Both the position numbers and the translations under genes were made by a program. Below the pieces are notes generated by a model. That model was given only the letters and a program-made list of their open reading frames with translations, was not told where the DNA came from and did not search any database. From Zootoca vivipara (lineage: Eukaryota), in the NCBI RefSeq assembly GCF_963506605.1, contig NC_083281.1:57164001-57228000 (forward strand): DNA of 64,000 nucleotides, given 5' to 3'. Below are positions 12,840 to 25,253 of the stretch, piece after piece. The first letter of the stretch is position 1. Every line of letters begins with the position of its first letter.

Positions 12840-12949
12840 AGCCCCGCAGGACGACAGCTCTCCCACTTGCTCCAGGATCGACCACCGACCTCTCTTAAGA
12901 GGAGCAGCAGCCGCAGCAGCAGCAGCAGCAGCGTGACCGGCCGGCCGAG
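12840..12949 (+). other. Candidate first exon, probably 5' UTR; start approximate
   Basis: Consensus donor GAG|GTAAGG at 12949|12950 inside the CpG island. No recognisable protein in any frame. Confidence 0.55.
12903..12932 (+). repeat. Interrupted (CAG)n trinucleotide tract
   Basis: AGCAGCAGCCGCAGCAGCAGCAGCAGCAGC is directly visible. Confidence 0.9.
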
Positions 12950-13022
12950 GTAAGGCAGCGGCGGCAGCAGTGAGAGGGGGCGCCTCCTCCTCCTCCACTC
13001 ACCGGCTGGGCCTGATGTGAAT

Positions 13023-13186
13023 ATGCAAATAGGCAGCCTGCCCGACACGTGTCTGCCCGCCCCTCCCTCTCCCCCCCTCCCACCGCGCAGGGTCCTTGGC
13101 TCAGCCGTGCTCGGCTCAGGGCGCTATTGCCGTGTAAAGCCAGAGCGGCAAAGCGGGTGTTTGTTTGTTTATTCGCTCATTTGCAT
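13023..13186. promoter_or_regulatory. Inverted pair of POU octamer motifs with a forkhead-like tract
   Basis: ATGCAAAT at 13023-13030, ATTTGCAT at 13179-13186, TGTTTGTTTGTTTAT at 13158-13172. Confidence 0.55.
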
Positions 13187-15052
13187 GTTGGAGTGTGGGG
13201 AGGCGGAGGTGTGAGGGCCCGTGAGATGACAGGAGAATCATGCGACAAATTAAATGTGATGGTAGTGGTGATCCCTCCTGGGTGAGGATCTGATGCAGGG
13301 GAGGCGGCGCCCCCCTCTTTTTAATACCCCCCCCCTTCGCTGTTGATTGAGGTGGGGGTGGTTTGGCATCTTTTTTAATGGTGATGATGACGATGATTTC
13401 AGGCTTCAGCCCCCCTCGGGAGCCTGGAGGGAAAGGTGGTCAACTTTGAAAATGCCATGTGGGGAGAAAGTTGAGGCATTTGGCACCCCGAGAATTGCAT
13501 TGCCACCTCCCCCACCCTCTCGATTGCCCTGCATTGCTTGTTCATGAATTAGGGGTGCTTGGATTCTCCAAGAAATAAAACTAAGCCTGTTCCATTTTTT
13601 AGAGGAGGAAGCAGCTGGATGCAGCTTTTATTTCGCAGGGTGCCTATTTTTTGCCCATTGACATCCCCTGAAATTCTATTTTGTTTCTTTTGCTACTTTC
13701 TTCAGCTACGTTTTAAGAAAAGGCAGTTCGCAAAGCAGATCCTGGAGCAGCCGTGGGGATCGGGCGCTTCTCAGTGGCTGGGTCTGAATTCTGGTTTGAG
13801 CGAGCGCACGCTCTGAGCCTCTTCTTCTGAGCCTCCAGGCTGTTTTACTTGCAAAAGAGGGAACAAGGCAAGGAAGCAGCGATTATGAGCAGAATTAAAT
13901 AGGAGGAAATGGGGGGAATGCAGCTGGAAGTGTAAATATTTTTTTTCTCTGTAGCAGATTTCGGAGCTTCTAACAGAATCCCGATTCCTCTTCCCTTTTC
14001 CTGCTTGTCTTCCTGATGAAACTTCCTAGCCTGGTGTGCCCCCCCCATCCCCTTTAATCTATTTTAAATCCACGCAAGAGACCTGGAGAACCCTTCTCAC
14101 TGCTGTCTCTTTTTGTTGGGGATGGGCTCCTGCTACTTTGGAGGATTCAACCCCCCCCCCCCCACACACACACTTGGAAAAAGGAAAATACCAGTCCCAA
14201 CTGAACTCCCGGTTCTAGGATAAATTAAAAGCAAGAATGGCTGACTAACCATCACTGAAGGGAACAGAAATGAAGAGAAAATGCCACCTTTTGTGGAAGT
14301 AAAAGAGGGACCAGTGCACATGCCGAAATCCCCTCACCAGGCTAATTTTTCCGACCCTAAAACTAATAATTGCTCCTTCCCCCTCTGCCTGCACAGCCAC
14401 TCCATGTTCTCCCCTGTGCCTTCTTGACACAACCGCCTATTTCTTGTGTTCCTGATCTGCCTTGCCTTGCCTCCTGTGCTCAAGGTCTGGGTGGCGGGGG
14501 ATGCATTCCCCCTCAGGTGGCTTCTATCTCATGTGCACCATGTTGATTTCTGGGTTCCACCATGGCTTAAGCGTGGTACTTGAAGGGCCTGTCAGGGCAA
14601 GCCAAAGAGCAGGCAGGCAGAGCATTGAGCCAGCTTGGCCGTTGCAGCAGTCGGTGGTTGCCCAGTTGCCTCTGGTGCTAAGGGCTCTCCCTGCCTTCAG
14701 TGCACCTGGGGTGCTGTGCACGGACCGCATCCTGCTTTCTGCAGGCCTGGCTCTTGTGTGCCAATAAAGAAGAAAGGCAGGGATAAGGATTGTTGCTATT
14801 GATCAGCCCAAGGGGATCATTAGGCCTCGGTTACCATCTACAAATCAAGAGCCTGGTGTCTCTTGCCTGGGCACTCATTGCCAATTTGTTCCTATTAGAT
14901 AGCCTAGCCCGGAGGTGTCTGATGATGAGCAGATTGGGTCTTTATCTCGGCAGCGGCAGGGCTGGAGAGGAGGCCAGCAAACATCGAGGCAGCGCAGCCC
15001 TTCCAGATTTGGGGACTGTGATTTGTTGGACTTGCTGAGGATGGCAGCTTCT

Positions 15053-15108
15053 TTGCCTACATTGGGAAGGGAATTTCTGGTTGCCTACATTGGGAAGGGA
15101 ATTTCTGG
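15053..15108. repeat. 28-bp perfect tandem duplication
   Basis: TTGCCTACATTGGGAAGGGAATTTCTGG x2. Confidence 0.9.
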
Positions 15109-16070
15109 AAGGGAAAATCTAGTTCCATCCATGTCTCCCCAATGAATAGGATGGGAATTAAGGAGCAATCATTAACGAAGCCACTGTGTTTTAATAATAT
15201 GTGGTTTATTTCCCAGTGAAATAAAATATATTTTATGATACAAATGTATTCCTGCTTAGGGCCCTTTGTCAGCATTTTCAGACCCCTTGACTTGGAAGCC
15301 ATTTGGCCCCCAGACTTTGCAGGCTGTTTAAATCCACTGGAGGACAGTCCCAAATGCTCCCGGACATGAATGATGCAAAGGAAATTATTTCAAATAATCT
15401 ATTTAAAAACAACAACAGTAACACAGATTTTTATATACAGTATAAACATATATAGTCCTAGAATTATCACTTTGTTTTGTCCAGCATTAATGAGTCCAGG
15501 CTCAATTTGCATTTCATCCTCAGTCTGTGATTTTTTTCTGTATTGTGCAAAGATGCGAAGGGAAAGCAAAGTTCTCTAGGGTGTCATTTTTTGGGACTTT
15601 GAGCAGGGAGGAAAGGAACGGCAGCCCCTTGTAGAAGTATTTTTTGGTGGTGGGTGATTTCTATGATCAGCCATGTCTCCCTTGCAAGGTGGTTCTTCAG
15701 CGCAGTTCCAGTGCATGTTCCACACACTTGTCTGTTGCAGCCACCTTTTTGGGTTTTACTGAGCTTTTCATTCAAAAGAGTTTGTTGAGGGCTTTAACCG
15801 ACTAGGCCAGGATTTGAGTCTCAGAAGAATTTGCATGCCTATACCTTGAATCTCTTACCTGAGCTCCCCAAAGAGACATTTCTAGCTTTGATTGGCACAT
15901 TACCTCGTCTGCCCCAAAGCGGATGGGATTTTCAAGCTTGTGAAAAGTGTATTCACCCAAAGAGAAAATTATAATTTTATCCATTGGTTAGAAAGCACGC
16001 TAATATAATCTCTGACTCCATTTTGGTTGTAAGCCAAATTTGGAGTATGAAGAAGAACATTCTAAGTGCT

Positions 16071-16126
16071 TTTGCCTTGTTTTTTAGGAGCGCACAAGTT
16101 TTTGCCTTGTCTTTTAGGAGCGCACA
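16071..16126. repeat. 30-bp tandem duplication
   Basis: TTTGCCTTGT(T/C)TTTTAGGAGCGCACA at 16071 and 16101. Confidence 0.9.
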
Positions 16127-16959
16127 TTCTCCCCCATTTAATTTCAAGAGAGAAATTCTCCTCATTTAATAACCTCATAATTGTATCTTTTGCTCAGTGA
16201 TCAAGTACATCTCTTTGGTGCCTGTGACTTGTAGCAGAAAAATAGGTTTAATTTATCATAGGCTAACATAACATCCAGCTTGCTTTGATCTGTATGTTGC
16301 ATGGATCAAAATCAATTGGCATGTACTCAGAGGGTTTTTCTCTCTCTTAAGATTGCATTAATTTATATGTACATATTTATGTACTCTTCTAATGCTAGAG
16401 TGTATATTTCAGTTGTTAGCATTTTTTATTAGCAGATTTCATTTAAAGAAAACATTGTTAAACACTACAGTTCAGTTAACTGTGACTAAAGTTCCTTAAA
16501 TGCAATTCATAAAGATCCATCGCTGTCTTACGCGTAATCTAGGATTTGTCTCAGAGTTCCTATCAAAACCTTTGCAGATTGAATAAAAACAAACAAACAA
16601 ACAAACAAACGCATAAAGTATGAAGAGGAGGCTTAGCCAGGGCATTTACATGCCACAGATTTAGTATTTCAGGTTCATGTCAGCTTTATGTTTTAACAGA
16701 GAGACCTCAGTCTGTTGCGTTGTTTTTTCTGCTGCTGTTTTAAATATGACAAATCATCCTCCCCGTTTATATCTCTCTCTGTCTATCGCTTGGGTTTAGG
16801 GTGAATTTCACATGTGAAATTTCTCCATGTAACATCTGATATGTTCTCCGCATGCTGGGAAGGGGTGGGGTGGGGGATCCTTTTTAGATTAATGGTCAGT
16901 GTCTCATACACACAAATTTGTGTTAGGATGCTACAGAGAAGGTGCGAATTACTGACAAG

Positions 16960-17200
16960 ATCTAGAATAATTCCTAATGCTGTAGAAGGGTTCATTTTCT
17001 CCTCCACATGATGGATGAGGCATAAGAAGTGCTTTTCTGAGATCATTAATGCGCATCATTCTCTTAAGTGTTATTAAAGTCCGTCTGTCTGAAGCTGCAG
17101 GAACAATATCTTCCCCCTCATTTCGCCTGCTGTTTTTTTTAAAAGAATAAATCACCCTCTACCTATAGATGTTGCCTTTTTGTAAATTCATTGTCAAAGG
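16960..17200. promoter_or_regulatory. Candidate intronic enhancer
   Basis: TGATGGAT (PBX-HOX type TGATNNAT), palindromic CATTAATG and TTATTAAA in a repeat-free context. Confidence 0.35.
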
Positions 17201-19117
17201 GTTATTTATTTCAGAACGGTGCACACTTTCCAGAACTACACTTCCCCTACCTTCTTTTTTAAAATATTTGATTGCTGCTTGTGAGTCCACATGTAATTTC
17301 AGGAGTACATGATTCCTAACCTTTACAATTGCAACATCAGCCCTCGAAAAGCAAGCTTGTTAGGCTCTTTCCTTGAAGGTATTGTTCTAAGAGAGCGCTC
17401 TCATTCCGCACTATATCTGGGCAAAGCAGCCCTCCTCTTAATTTTGGTTTGAATGTGGCAGGCTGTGGTGTGTGAGGCAAAGAAGAAGAATACGGCAACA
17501 CGCTGGCAGGGACAGTTGTGCTGATAGTAACCCCACCGCACTTTAAACGTGTTTGCTGCCCCTCCAGAGAAAGTATTGGCATGTTCCTGAGCTGTGGTCC
17601 AGCTGGGGGCAAGGCAGGGAGGTCACAGACAGGTAGAGGCCAGGTGCCACCGTCTCGTATTGGGAAACAGAAACCATTCTTTTTGAAACGTCTTTTTGAA
17701 ACATCTTTTTTTCAGCCATTTTATTTCCACCTATTTAAAAAAACTTTGGCCCTTTACTTTTTTGGGGGGGGGCTGGAAATGCAAATTGAGCCATGGTGTA
17801 AGTGGGGGCAGGGTGGTGGTGGTATCAGTAAGGCCAGCAGGGAAGAGGAGGGGTGTATGCCAGGTACTGATTGCAGATGGATCATATTAAATCAAAAGCA
17901 ATTTTAGCCAAACAGGAGAATTCACTTTAAAGCTTTTTTAACCTTCCTTAAGAGCCAATTTTCCCCCCTCAAAGCCCTGAGATAATAAAATACAATATAA
18001 TTTATGGAGCGCTTTCCGTGGGTCTACATTCCTAACTCTCTCCCTCTTTTTCTTTTACTGTAAGATAAAACATACCCAACCACTGGGATGGCAATCAAGA
18101 CAAAACAAAATGCAGCTGATCATAAAGTCGTTTCAAAATGCCACACTCCTTTTGAAAGAGGCTTACCTGGAAAGGGTCCCCGATACACTTTTAATAGAAT
18201 TTTTAAAAGTTCGAAGCACAGCTGGGCAAAAGCCACAGCTGGGCTCTTGAACATTTAATTTGAGATTTGAATAATTCTCCAGATTGAGCTAGAATCATGA
18301 ACGCCATATAAAAAGACCACTCCCCACCCCCATTCCTAAATTACATTATTCCACAGATGTGCAAATACTTCAGAGGGAAAAATTACATTGATCAGATTTT
18401 AATACCCCCCATGTCACCCTTCAGTCAAAGGAGGGAAAAGCTCCCCCCAGTCCTTTTCGTCTTCAGAAAGGTGCTAGATTATAAACATCTGAAGGAAATG
18501 AAAGGGGGGTTGGCCAGTCCACCCCCAAATTCTTTCCAGATTTTCATTCCTTTCGCCAGAAGCCTTCTGTTCTCAGAGATGAGGGAGGGTTGGGGGGGGG
18601 GGAGACTCTGTTTCTTATTTAAGACTGAAAATCAAATACATTGATTATAGAGGTTACTAATTTTGATTTGGCTAATTTTGAGGGCCTTGGACCTGAACCC
18701 ACAAGGGCCAGGGTTGGGGCTTTCTGGGAATAGGAGCGACCCCCTTTCTTTGGGTCTGTATCTTCCTGAGAGTTTGGGAGCCCTGGCAGGCGCAACCAGA
18801 GCCATGAGTTCATAGCAAACACGTGTCTTCAAACTGCTTGGCAAAAAAGAAGGTTTGGCGGCCAATTTTTAATTCTTTACAGGAGACAATGAGGAGCAGA
18901 TAAGCCATGCATATCAAAGCAGAAGCTTTGCCTCAGTTTTCATTTGTGAACGTGCAGCCACAAGCTGCAGCCTGCATGTGAAAGTGAGAGAAGTGGCGTT
19001 GAAGCGCCTTATCTTCTTGGCTTGAGTGAAAGCGCCTCGTAGGCCCAGGCTGTTCACAAAGCCTCTATAAGGCCAGGAGGGAATGGCCAGTCCAGGTTAC
19101 GGCAGGAAGTTGTTCTA

Positions 19118-19118
<1 letters not shown>

Positions 19119-19148
<30 letters not shown>

Positions 19149-19205
19149 AATATACCGCCCTATACCGGGAGGTCTCATGGCTGTTCACAGAACGAAATCA
19201 AAAAC
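19119..19205 (-). mobile_element. L2-type 3' tail fragment with (TCAA)n tail
   Basis: (TTGA)n followed by TATACCGCCCTA...GTTCACA, a typical reversed L2/SINE 3' end. Confidence 0.5.
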
Positions 19206-20033
19206 AACAGGTGCTTTTGTATAAAAACAGAGTAGTTCTGAATGAGATTTTTGCAGAGGCGTTGCTTGGTCTATATGGCTGGTGATGCATTCTCGAAGTG
19301 AGGAATTAGCCCATGCATTTTAACACTGCTGTACATTGTCTCAAGACTTGACGTAGGAAGATAAACAATCAATAAGATTGGTCACCCACTTGAATTGCAT
19401 CAGTTTTGCAAAGATGGCCTCTCCTGTTGAACTGAAGCGTGGCCCCAAGGCCTCCCCCGCCCAACCTCCATTCGCGGTTTGCTCAAGTAGTAGTAGTAGT
19501 TGTTGTTTTTAAAAAGAAGGCAAAATCAAGCCTGGCACCGTGGTTCCTTGCCTTTTGCTGTTCTGAAAAACTGAAAAGCCCCAGTAAAGAGGCGAAAGCA
19601 AAAGAATGCAGAGCCGATCACAGCACTATGGAAACTGCTCCACAAAAATGTGGAACGAAAGCTTCGCTGGAGTGTGGTTCATGTATTGTAACAGCTGTGA
19701 CAGCCTGGTACCGTTTAACACTTGTTCAATTATAAGAAGGAGGGGGAAATTCAAAAGGAAGCTTGATTTATAGAAGACACATAATAATCTTTCAAATGTA
19801 TAATGTAACTGTCCCCCCTGCAAAAAAGGAAAAGGAAAAAAGAGAACCCACCCCCTCTCTTCCACAGTCTTGCCCCCCAACAGTGCATGGTCTGTTTGAC
19901 AGTCTGCGGAAATTCCTCTCCCGTACAGCTCCTCCGCCTTCTGGCTTGAAATAATGTTTCCCAGGGCTTGTGCTAATAGTTATTTGCAAAAGTATTTTGG
20001 GCCTAGCAAGGATTCTTGCAGAAACACATAGTA

Positions 20034-20034
<1 letters not shown>

Positions 20035-20081
<47 letters not shown>
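20035..20081. repeat. (ATT)n microsatellite
   Basis: Directly visible. Confidence 0.95.
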
Positions 20082-20083
<2 letters not shown>

Positions 20084-20507
20084 TTTATTTTTATTGCCTT
20101 TCTCTAGAAATTATTATATTGCTATTGCATTAATGTGATTATTTTAAAAAGTGAGCGTGGCATGAGGTCACCAGCTCTGGCCTTTTCTGCTGAGGTGTTT
20201 TGGATCCTTTGTGTGGTGGTCAGCTAACAATTTGCAGAGATGTACCACAGCAGCATTTGCTGCAGGAAAAAGAGTCGCTGAGTGAACACAGTAAATATAT
20301 AATTTTAGGCCAGTAATAATTCTTCTCCTGTTTAAGTTTATTGCATCAGCTGTGTCAAAATATTTAGGGTTAAGATTCCCCTAAGACTTGTACTTAAATA
20401 TTTACTATTGTTTGCTACTATATTTGTGGTATAAAAACTGTGAAAATATGTATCCTTTGATTCAGGCAAACTGTTTAGTCTAGAGATAAGGTCAGCCCTG
20501 TGCTTTT

Positions 20508-20733
20508 NNNNNNNNNNNNNNNNNNNNNNNNNNNNNNNNNNNNNNNNNNNNNNNNNNNNNNNNNNNNNNNNNNNNNNNNNNNNNNNNNNNNNNNNNNNNN
20601 NNNNNNNNNNNNNNNNNNNNNNNNNNNNNNNNNNNNNNNNNNNNNNNNNNNNNNNNNNNNNNNNNNNNNNNNNNNNNNNNNNNNNNNNNNNNNNNNNNNN
20701 NNNNNNNNNNNNNNNNNNNNNNNNNNNNNNNNN
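20508..20733. other. Assembly gap (226 N)
   Basis: Run of N. Confidence 1.
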
Positions 20734-22349
20734 CTTGCCCTCTTGCATATCCCATATTTCTCTTTGATCTTCAGCAAAAATAGTCATATAATAAATGTTT
20801 GCATAAGGAAGCACACTTTGTGAGCAAAGGTCACTCACTGACTGCCGTTGACGAGAGTTGTGGGATAGGCAAGCAGGCAGTATTTCAGGCCCACCCCCCC
20901 AATATTATCAGACCTGCATAGCATAAAAATCACTGTGTGGCTGAATGAACAGAAACTTTCTGACTGCACTCCATGCAAATTAGACATGAAAATAAATAAA
21001 TGGCTGTAGGGGAAGTCAAATCAATTTATCTCATGCCGATGGACTTCTGATACTAGAAATCCCCTTAGCTCCTCGCATGTTGGGGCAGTGCCCAGATGCC
21101 TGTAGGTGCTCTGCATTTAGCGCCCCCCCTCCCCAGGTCCATCTATCTGCATGGAATCATCTGCCCCCCCCCAGCTCCTTTGCCCCCACCCCCACCCCGT
21201 GTGGGGACCGTTTCCCTCCCTGAAGGAGACAATGATAGGGTCCTTTTTCCTTTGTGTCCGAGGCCTCCTCATACACACTTGGCTTGTCAATCAACTGAAT
21301 TACAAACATAGTAAATAAGAGTGGCAAATGAACTCACCTCCCACCCACCCCCTTGGTGTAAATAATTCAAACTCCCCCACCCAGAATCTCGCATGGCTTG
21401 ACAAACTCAGCTTGGACTTGACTGAAACCAGGAGACTGCCGAGACTGCGAAGGCGGTTAAAAATAAATAAATCTCTGACCGCAAACAGAGAAGCCTTCGA
21501 GAGAAAACCTGTTTGCTATAAGCCATGCGAAAAGGAGGGCCAGCAGAAGAGCATGGTGGTTTTCTCTTTCTTCTTATTCAACCTCCCCACCCACCCCCAA
21601 ACATGCATACTTCTATGCTCCTACCCTCACCCCCCCTGAAATGTACAAGACAGTCCTGGCAGTGTGCAGGGCGGGGAGGGGGGGGAAAGAGACTTTTTCA
21701 GGGCTTCCCAACAAAAATAGAATCGTTTCTTCGTGTATATTATTACGACCAAGTGGATGGTTTCCAGCTCCCTTGTCTGTTGTGCAGATAATCCGTTTCC
21801 TTATAATTCCTTCTTCCTCCTTTGCAATATCAGCCAACCGCCCAAGTAGCAGTCCATTGAAATCCTACTGAAGCCTGTTTATTGCTAGATAATGGGGGGG
21901 GGTCCCCCAGCAGCTCCTTTTAAAGGATGCAAAAGGTGCCAGAGTTGCCCATCCCGTGTTGCATGATGGAAGGAGACACAGACATGCTATGAGGGTAAAC
22001 TGAGCCAGGTGGGGTGAGCTGACCATGTTGTCTTTCAGACCAGGGAGGTAGCCTTAGATTAGGAGAAGGATTTTGCAGCAGCTGATGAATTAGCTGGCTG
22101 GTTGAATTTCAAATGTTAAAATCTCAGTAAAAGTGAATTTTTGGTGATGTATCATTTAATAAACAAAAGCAAGCAGCCATCGTTAGAAAGGAAGGCTATT
22201 TTTATCCCACATACTGTACGCTCAAACACCAGAGCCAAGATGGATCCAGCAGTATAATGCAGTAAGCCCTTTGGGTCGGTCAAAATACTTCCCACACATC
22301 TTGTTCTAATCTTCCTAGCAACCTTGCAAGGTAGGTCTCACTCTCAGGA

Positions 22350-22745
22350 AGCAGTGGAAATTTGATTCAGTTTGCATTTAAAGATGAACTCTCTGAAATA
22401 CAGTGAAACAGAACTATCTTTTGAAATGTGCACTTTCTTGATTTTTTTCAGTGCAGTTCTCTGGCCAGGAAAATGTGTACATTTTGATAAAGTGTGCATT
22501 ATAAAGCTTGTGTAATGAAAATAACAAAAAAAAATTGGGGGAAATCGCTTTGCAAAAATGTGTGAATTAGGCAAAATTGCATACATACACGTGTATATTG
22601 GTAGAAATTCATTCTAAAATGCTGGTTGATTTTCAGAGGAGTCCTCTTTTAAAAAATCTGCAAATGGATGTGGAAATGGGAAGAACTGAATTTAAGACTG
22701 GAAAAATGAGAAACGAAAATAAACTGAAATGGACACATTTGCCCA
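22350..22745. mobile_element. Degenerate AT-rich non-autonomous DNA-transposon-like repeat
   Basis: Ends GAAATTTGATTCAGTTTGCATT.. and ..AAACTGAAATGGACACATTTGCCCA are weakly inverted. It resembles a common lizard interspersed repeat, from recall only. Confidence 0.45.
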
Positions 22746-22896
22746 TTTTTTTTTTACTCTCCTAGCCAGGAGGTGCAGGCCTTAGGGGCCCTGTTCAGTG
22801 TGGCTGCTCCTGCTAGGCACAAGCAGTGCCAGTGGGGGAAAGTGTGAACCTTGCAGCGTCAGGGGCCTTGCACTGCTGGCAGGCTGATCACTTGCG

Positions 22897-22899
<3 letters not shown>

Positions 22900-22932
<33 letters not shown>
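22900..22932. repeat. (GT)n microsatellite
   Basis: Directly visible. Confidence 0.95.
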
Positions 22933-22934
<2 letters not shown>

Positions 22935-25210
22935 TGCAGCGGAGTCATAGGCCAGAAATAAATAAATCATCTACACAGGGTCTGTGCCATTCTCCAGCCA
23001 AAAAGCTTCTCCCTTTTTCCCAACAGCAGAAGATGGCTCTTCTACTTCCTAAGGGTGCTGCTGGCAGGCAGGACAATGCAAGGAAAGAAAGCAGGCCGAC
23101 AGTCCAGAGAGATCTTCCTTTGCTGGCTCCCCATTGTTCTTTTGTTTTCTGTTCCTTTTGTCATCTCATTGTTTTATTCTCTTGCTCACTTTCTTTTCTC
23201 CTTACTCTTGGAATTCTCCCTCACTGTTTTATGCTCCCTACCTGACATCTCTTCCTCCTCTTCCTCCCCCAAAATATCTCCGCTTGATTTTTTTATGACT
23301 TCCAAAGAAAACTATATATATATGGGGGAAAGTGACATTAAAGATTCCTTTGTTCCTCCCCACCATCCCTGACACCCCCCACTTTTGTCATGTGTCAGTT
23401 CTTTGTTTGTGAGTCTATTAGCAAGGACATATTTTTAAAGGGGGAGGGGGCTTAAAAATAAACTTAGAGCCCTACAAGTAAATAAATAACTGTAGGTAAT
23501 AAGTGCCTAGATACGACCCATCAGGACTGTAACAAAAAGAAGTGGCAGTTGTGTAAGAAGAGCCAGCCTGGGCCACCCCTACTATTACAGCAGGTGCGAA
23601 ATATTCTTGGTGGATTGGGCCCAATACCAGCAGCCAAAGAGCAACAAATAATCATTAGTTTTCCTCTTCAGATGTGTTGTCTCCAGCTCCCCACGAGGTT
23701 GGTGGCCGCCTCTTTGTTGTGTTTTGTTTCCATTCTAGTGATTATTTCCTTCCAATATTCATCCAGCCTTTTGTGGACAGGAGCAGCCCTGTAAATAGCA
23801 GTGAGAGAGAAATAATATGTGTGCCATTTCATGACGGGGCCAACTTTCCTCCAATCTGCCTTGAGGACTCTGGCCAGCTAAGAGCATCCCCTGGAGAGTA
23901 CCCTCCATACACCATGACAAGAAACTCTGGTTGGCACCAAAGGGGCAGCATTTGAGAAATGAAATATGTAGGAAAAAATAAATGGAGGTCAAAGGTAGGC
24001 AGAGAGGTGGGTCTGCCAGTGCCAAAGTCTAGAGGACTTTCCTGGTGAAAGCAAACTACCTCCAAAGGCCACCCTTTTCAGACATTTCCAACCAAATCAG
24101 GGGATTTAACTGGTCAGCCATTTCTGTGGTTTCCTTGGAATGTTATCATTCATGCTGATCATGTTTTAGAGTTTCAGATGTATTTTAGAGTTGCAGTTGT
24201 TAGCTGCATAGCGCTTGCTGGAATATAAGTGGGGTAATGTTTATATTAAACAAACGGAAATGATTCTGCAAGGCAGATATCTGGTTCTGTCCTTCTCAGA
24301 GTAAATGTTTCCTACCCACCCCAAAATCTGGCGTCATAGTTTTCTTACCCAGCAAACAACTGCTTTCAAGCGGTCTGTGCCAGATGGGAGCTGTTGTCCA
24401 AACCATCTTCAGAGCACCTAGGTTGCTAACAGGAGGGGCGGGCTGTCTACCTGTTGCCTGGATTGGCCTGTTCAGAGGAGACCTTTCAGGAAATCCCTTC
24501 TTCCAAACAGGATAGTGGAACGTTGGACCAGGACTTAATAGGGGCCATACAGTTCTTTCCCCCAAAATGGAGGGTGGGAAGATGGCAAACTGTGGGCCCT
24601 TTGCAGAGTCCTGGGGAAGGACAAACGTGAGGGCCATGTGCAATTCCCCTGCCTCCTTCCTGGCTCTTTGGCATGAGGCTGGCACGGATGGCGGAGATGT
24701 CAATGAAGTTGCTCCTACGATGTTGGCGCTGCCTGCTGATTGTGTGCCACCCCCCACTTTTCCCTACTTGAGATCTGAAGATGAGTGCTTGGAGGAAGGG
24801 GGGCAGTCACAAGCCCAAAGACTGAGGAGGGCAGCCGCCCACGTGATTATTTTCCTTTGAGTTGTTCTCTTGGAGCTCAACATGCTTGGAAGGAGCTGAA
24901 AAGAGAATCTTTAGCTGAGAATTAAGAAGGAAAACACGAGGGGGGGGTGTTGATGTCAGGAGCAGAACAGGATGCTTTACAAAGGGAAGTGATGCATACT
25001 CCAGTGACTTCTCTTTTACTTCACTTTGGTGAAGGAGATTGCTAGGCTGGGCATGTCTCCAGCTAATTTTCCAGCCTTTTTGAAATGCCAAGAGCGCCTT
25101 CCCAGGGCGACTTACCTCTGCTTTCCCAGTAGATGGCATTGCTGTCTGTTCAGTAAGACCTGGCTCCTATTTTGCCTTCTGCTAGTGCTTATTTTCATTA
25201 AATGCTGGCT

Positions 25211-25253
25211 GTGTGTGTGTGTGTGTGTGTGTGTGTACACACACACACACACA
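25211..25253. repeat. Self-complementary (GT)13(AC)8 compound microsatellite
   Basis: Palindrome centred at 25236|25237. Confidence 0.95.

Larger units (their letters stand above)
12430..13320. promoter_or_regulatory. CpG island / probable promoter of an unidentified gene (CpG-rich shoulder from ~11000)
   Basis: Very high GC and CpG density against a CpG-depleted background, with GC-box-like and G-run tracts, splice donors and octamer sites. Confidence 0.8.

Noticed and set aside
12429-12998. 189-aa Ala/Pro/Gly-rich minus-strand ORF and overlapping ORFs
   Set aside because: Long ORFs in most frames reflect GC richness and the CAG tract. It starts at GTG and has no recognisable domain.
20338-20838. 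ORFs spanning N runs (also ~31.7-32.0 kb and ~55.7-56.3 kb)
   Set aside because: Artefacts of assembly gaps.
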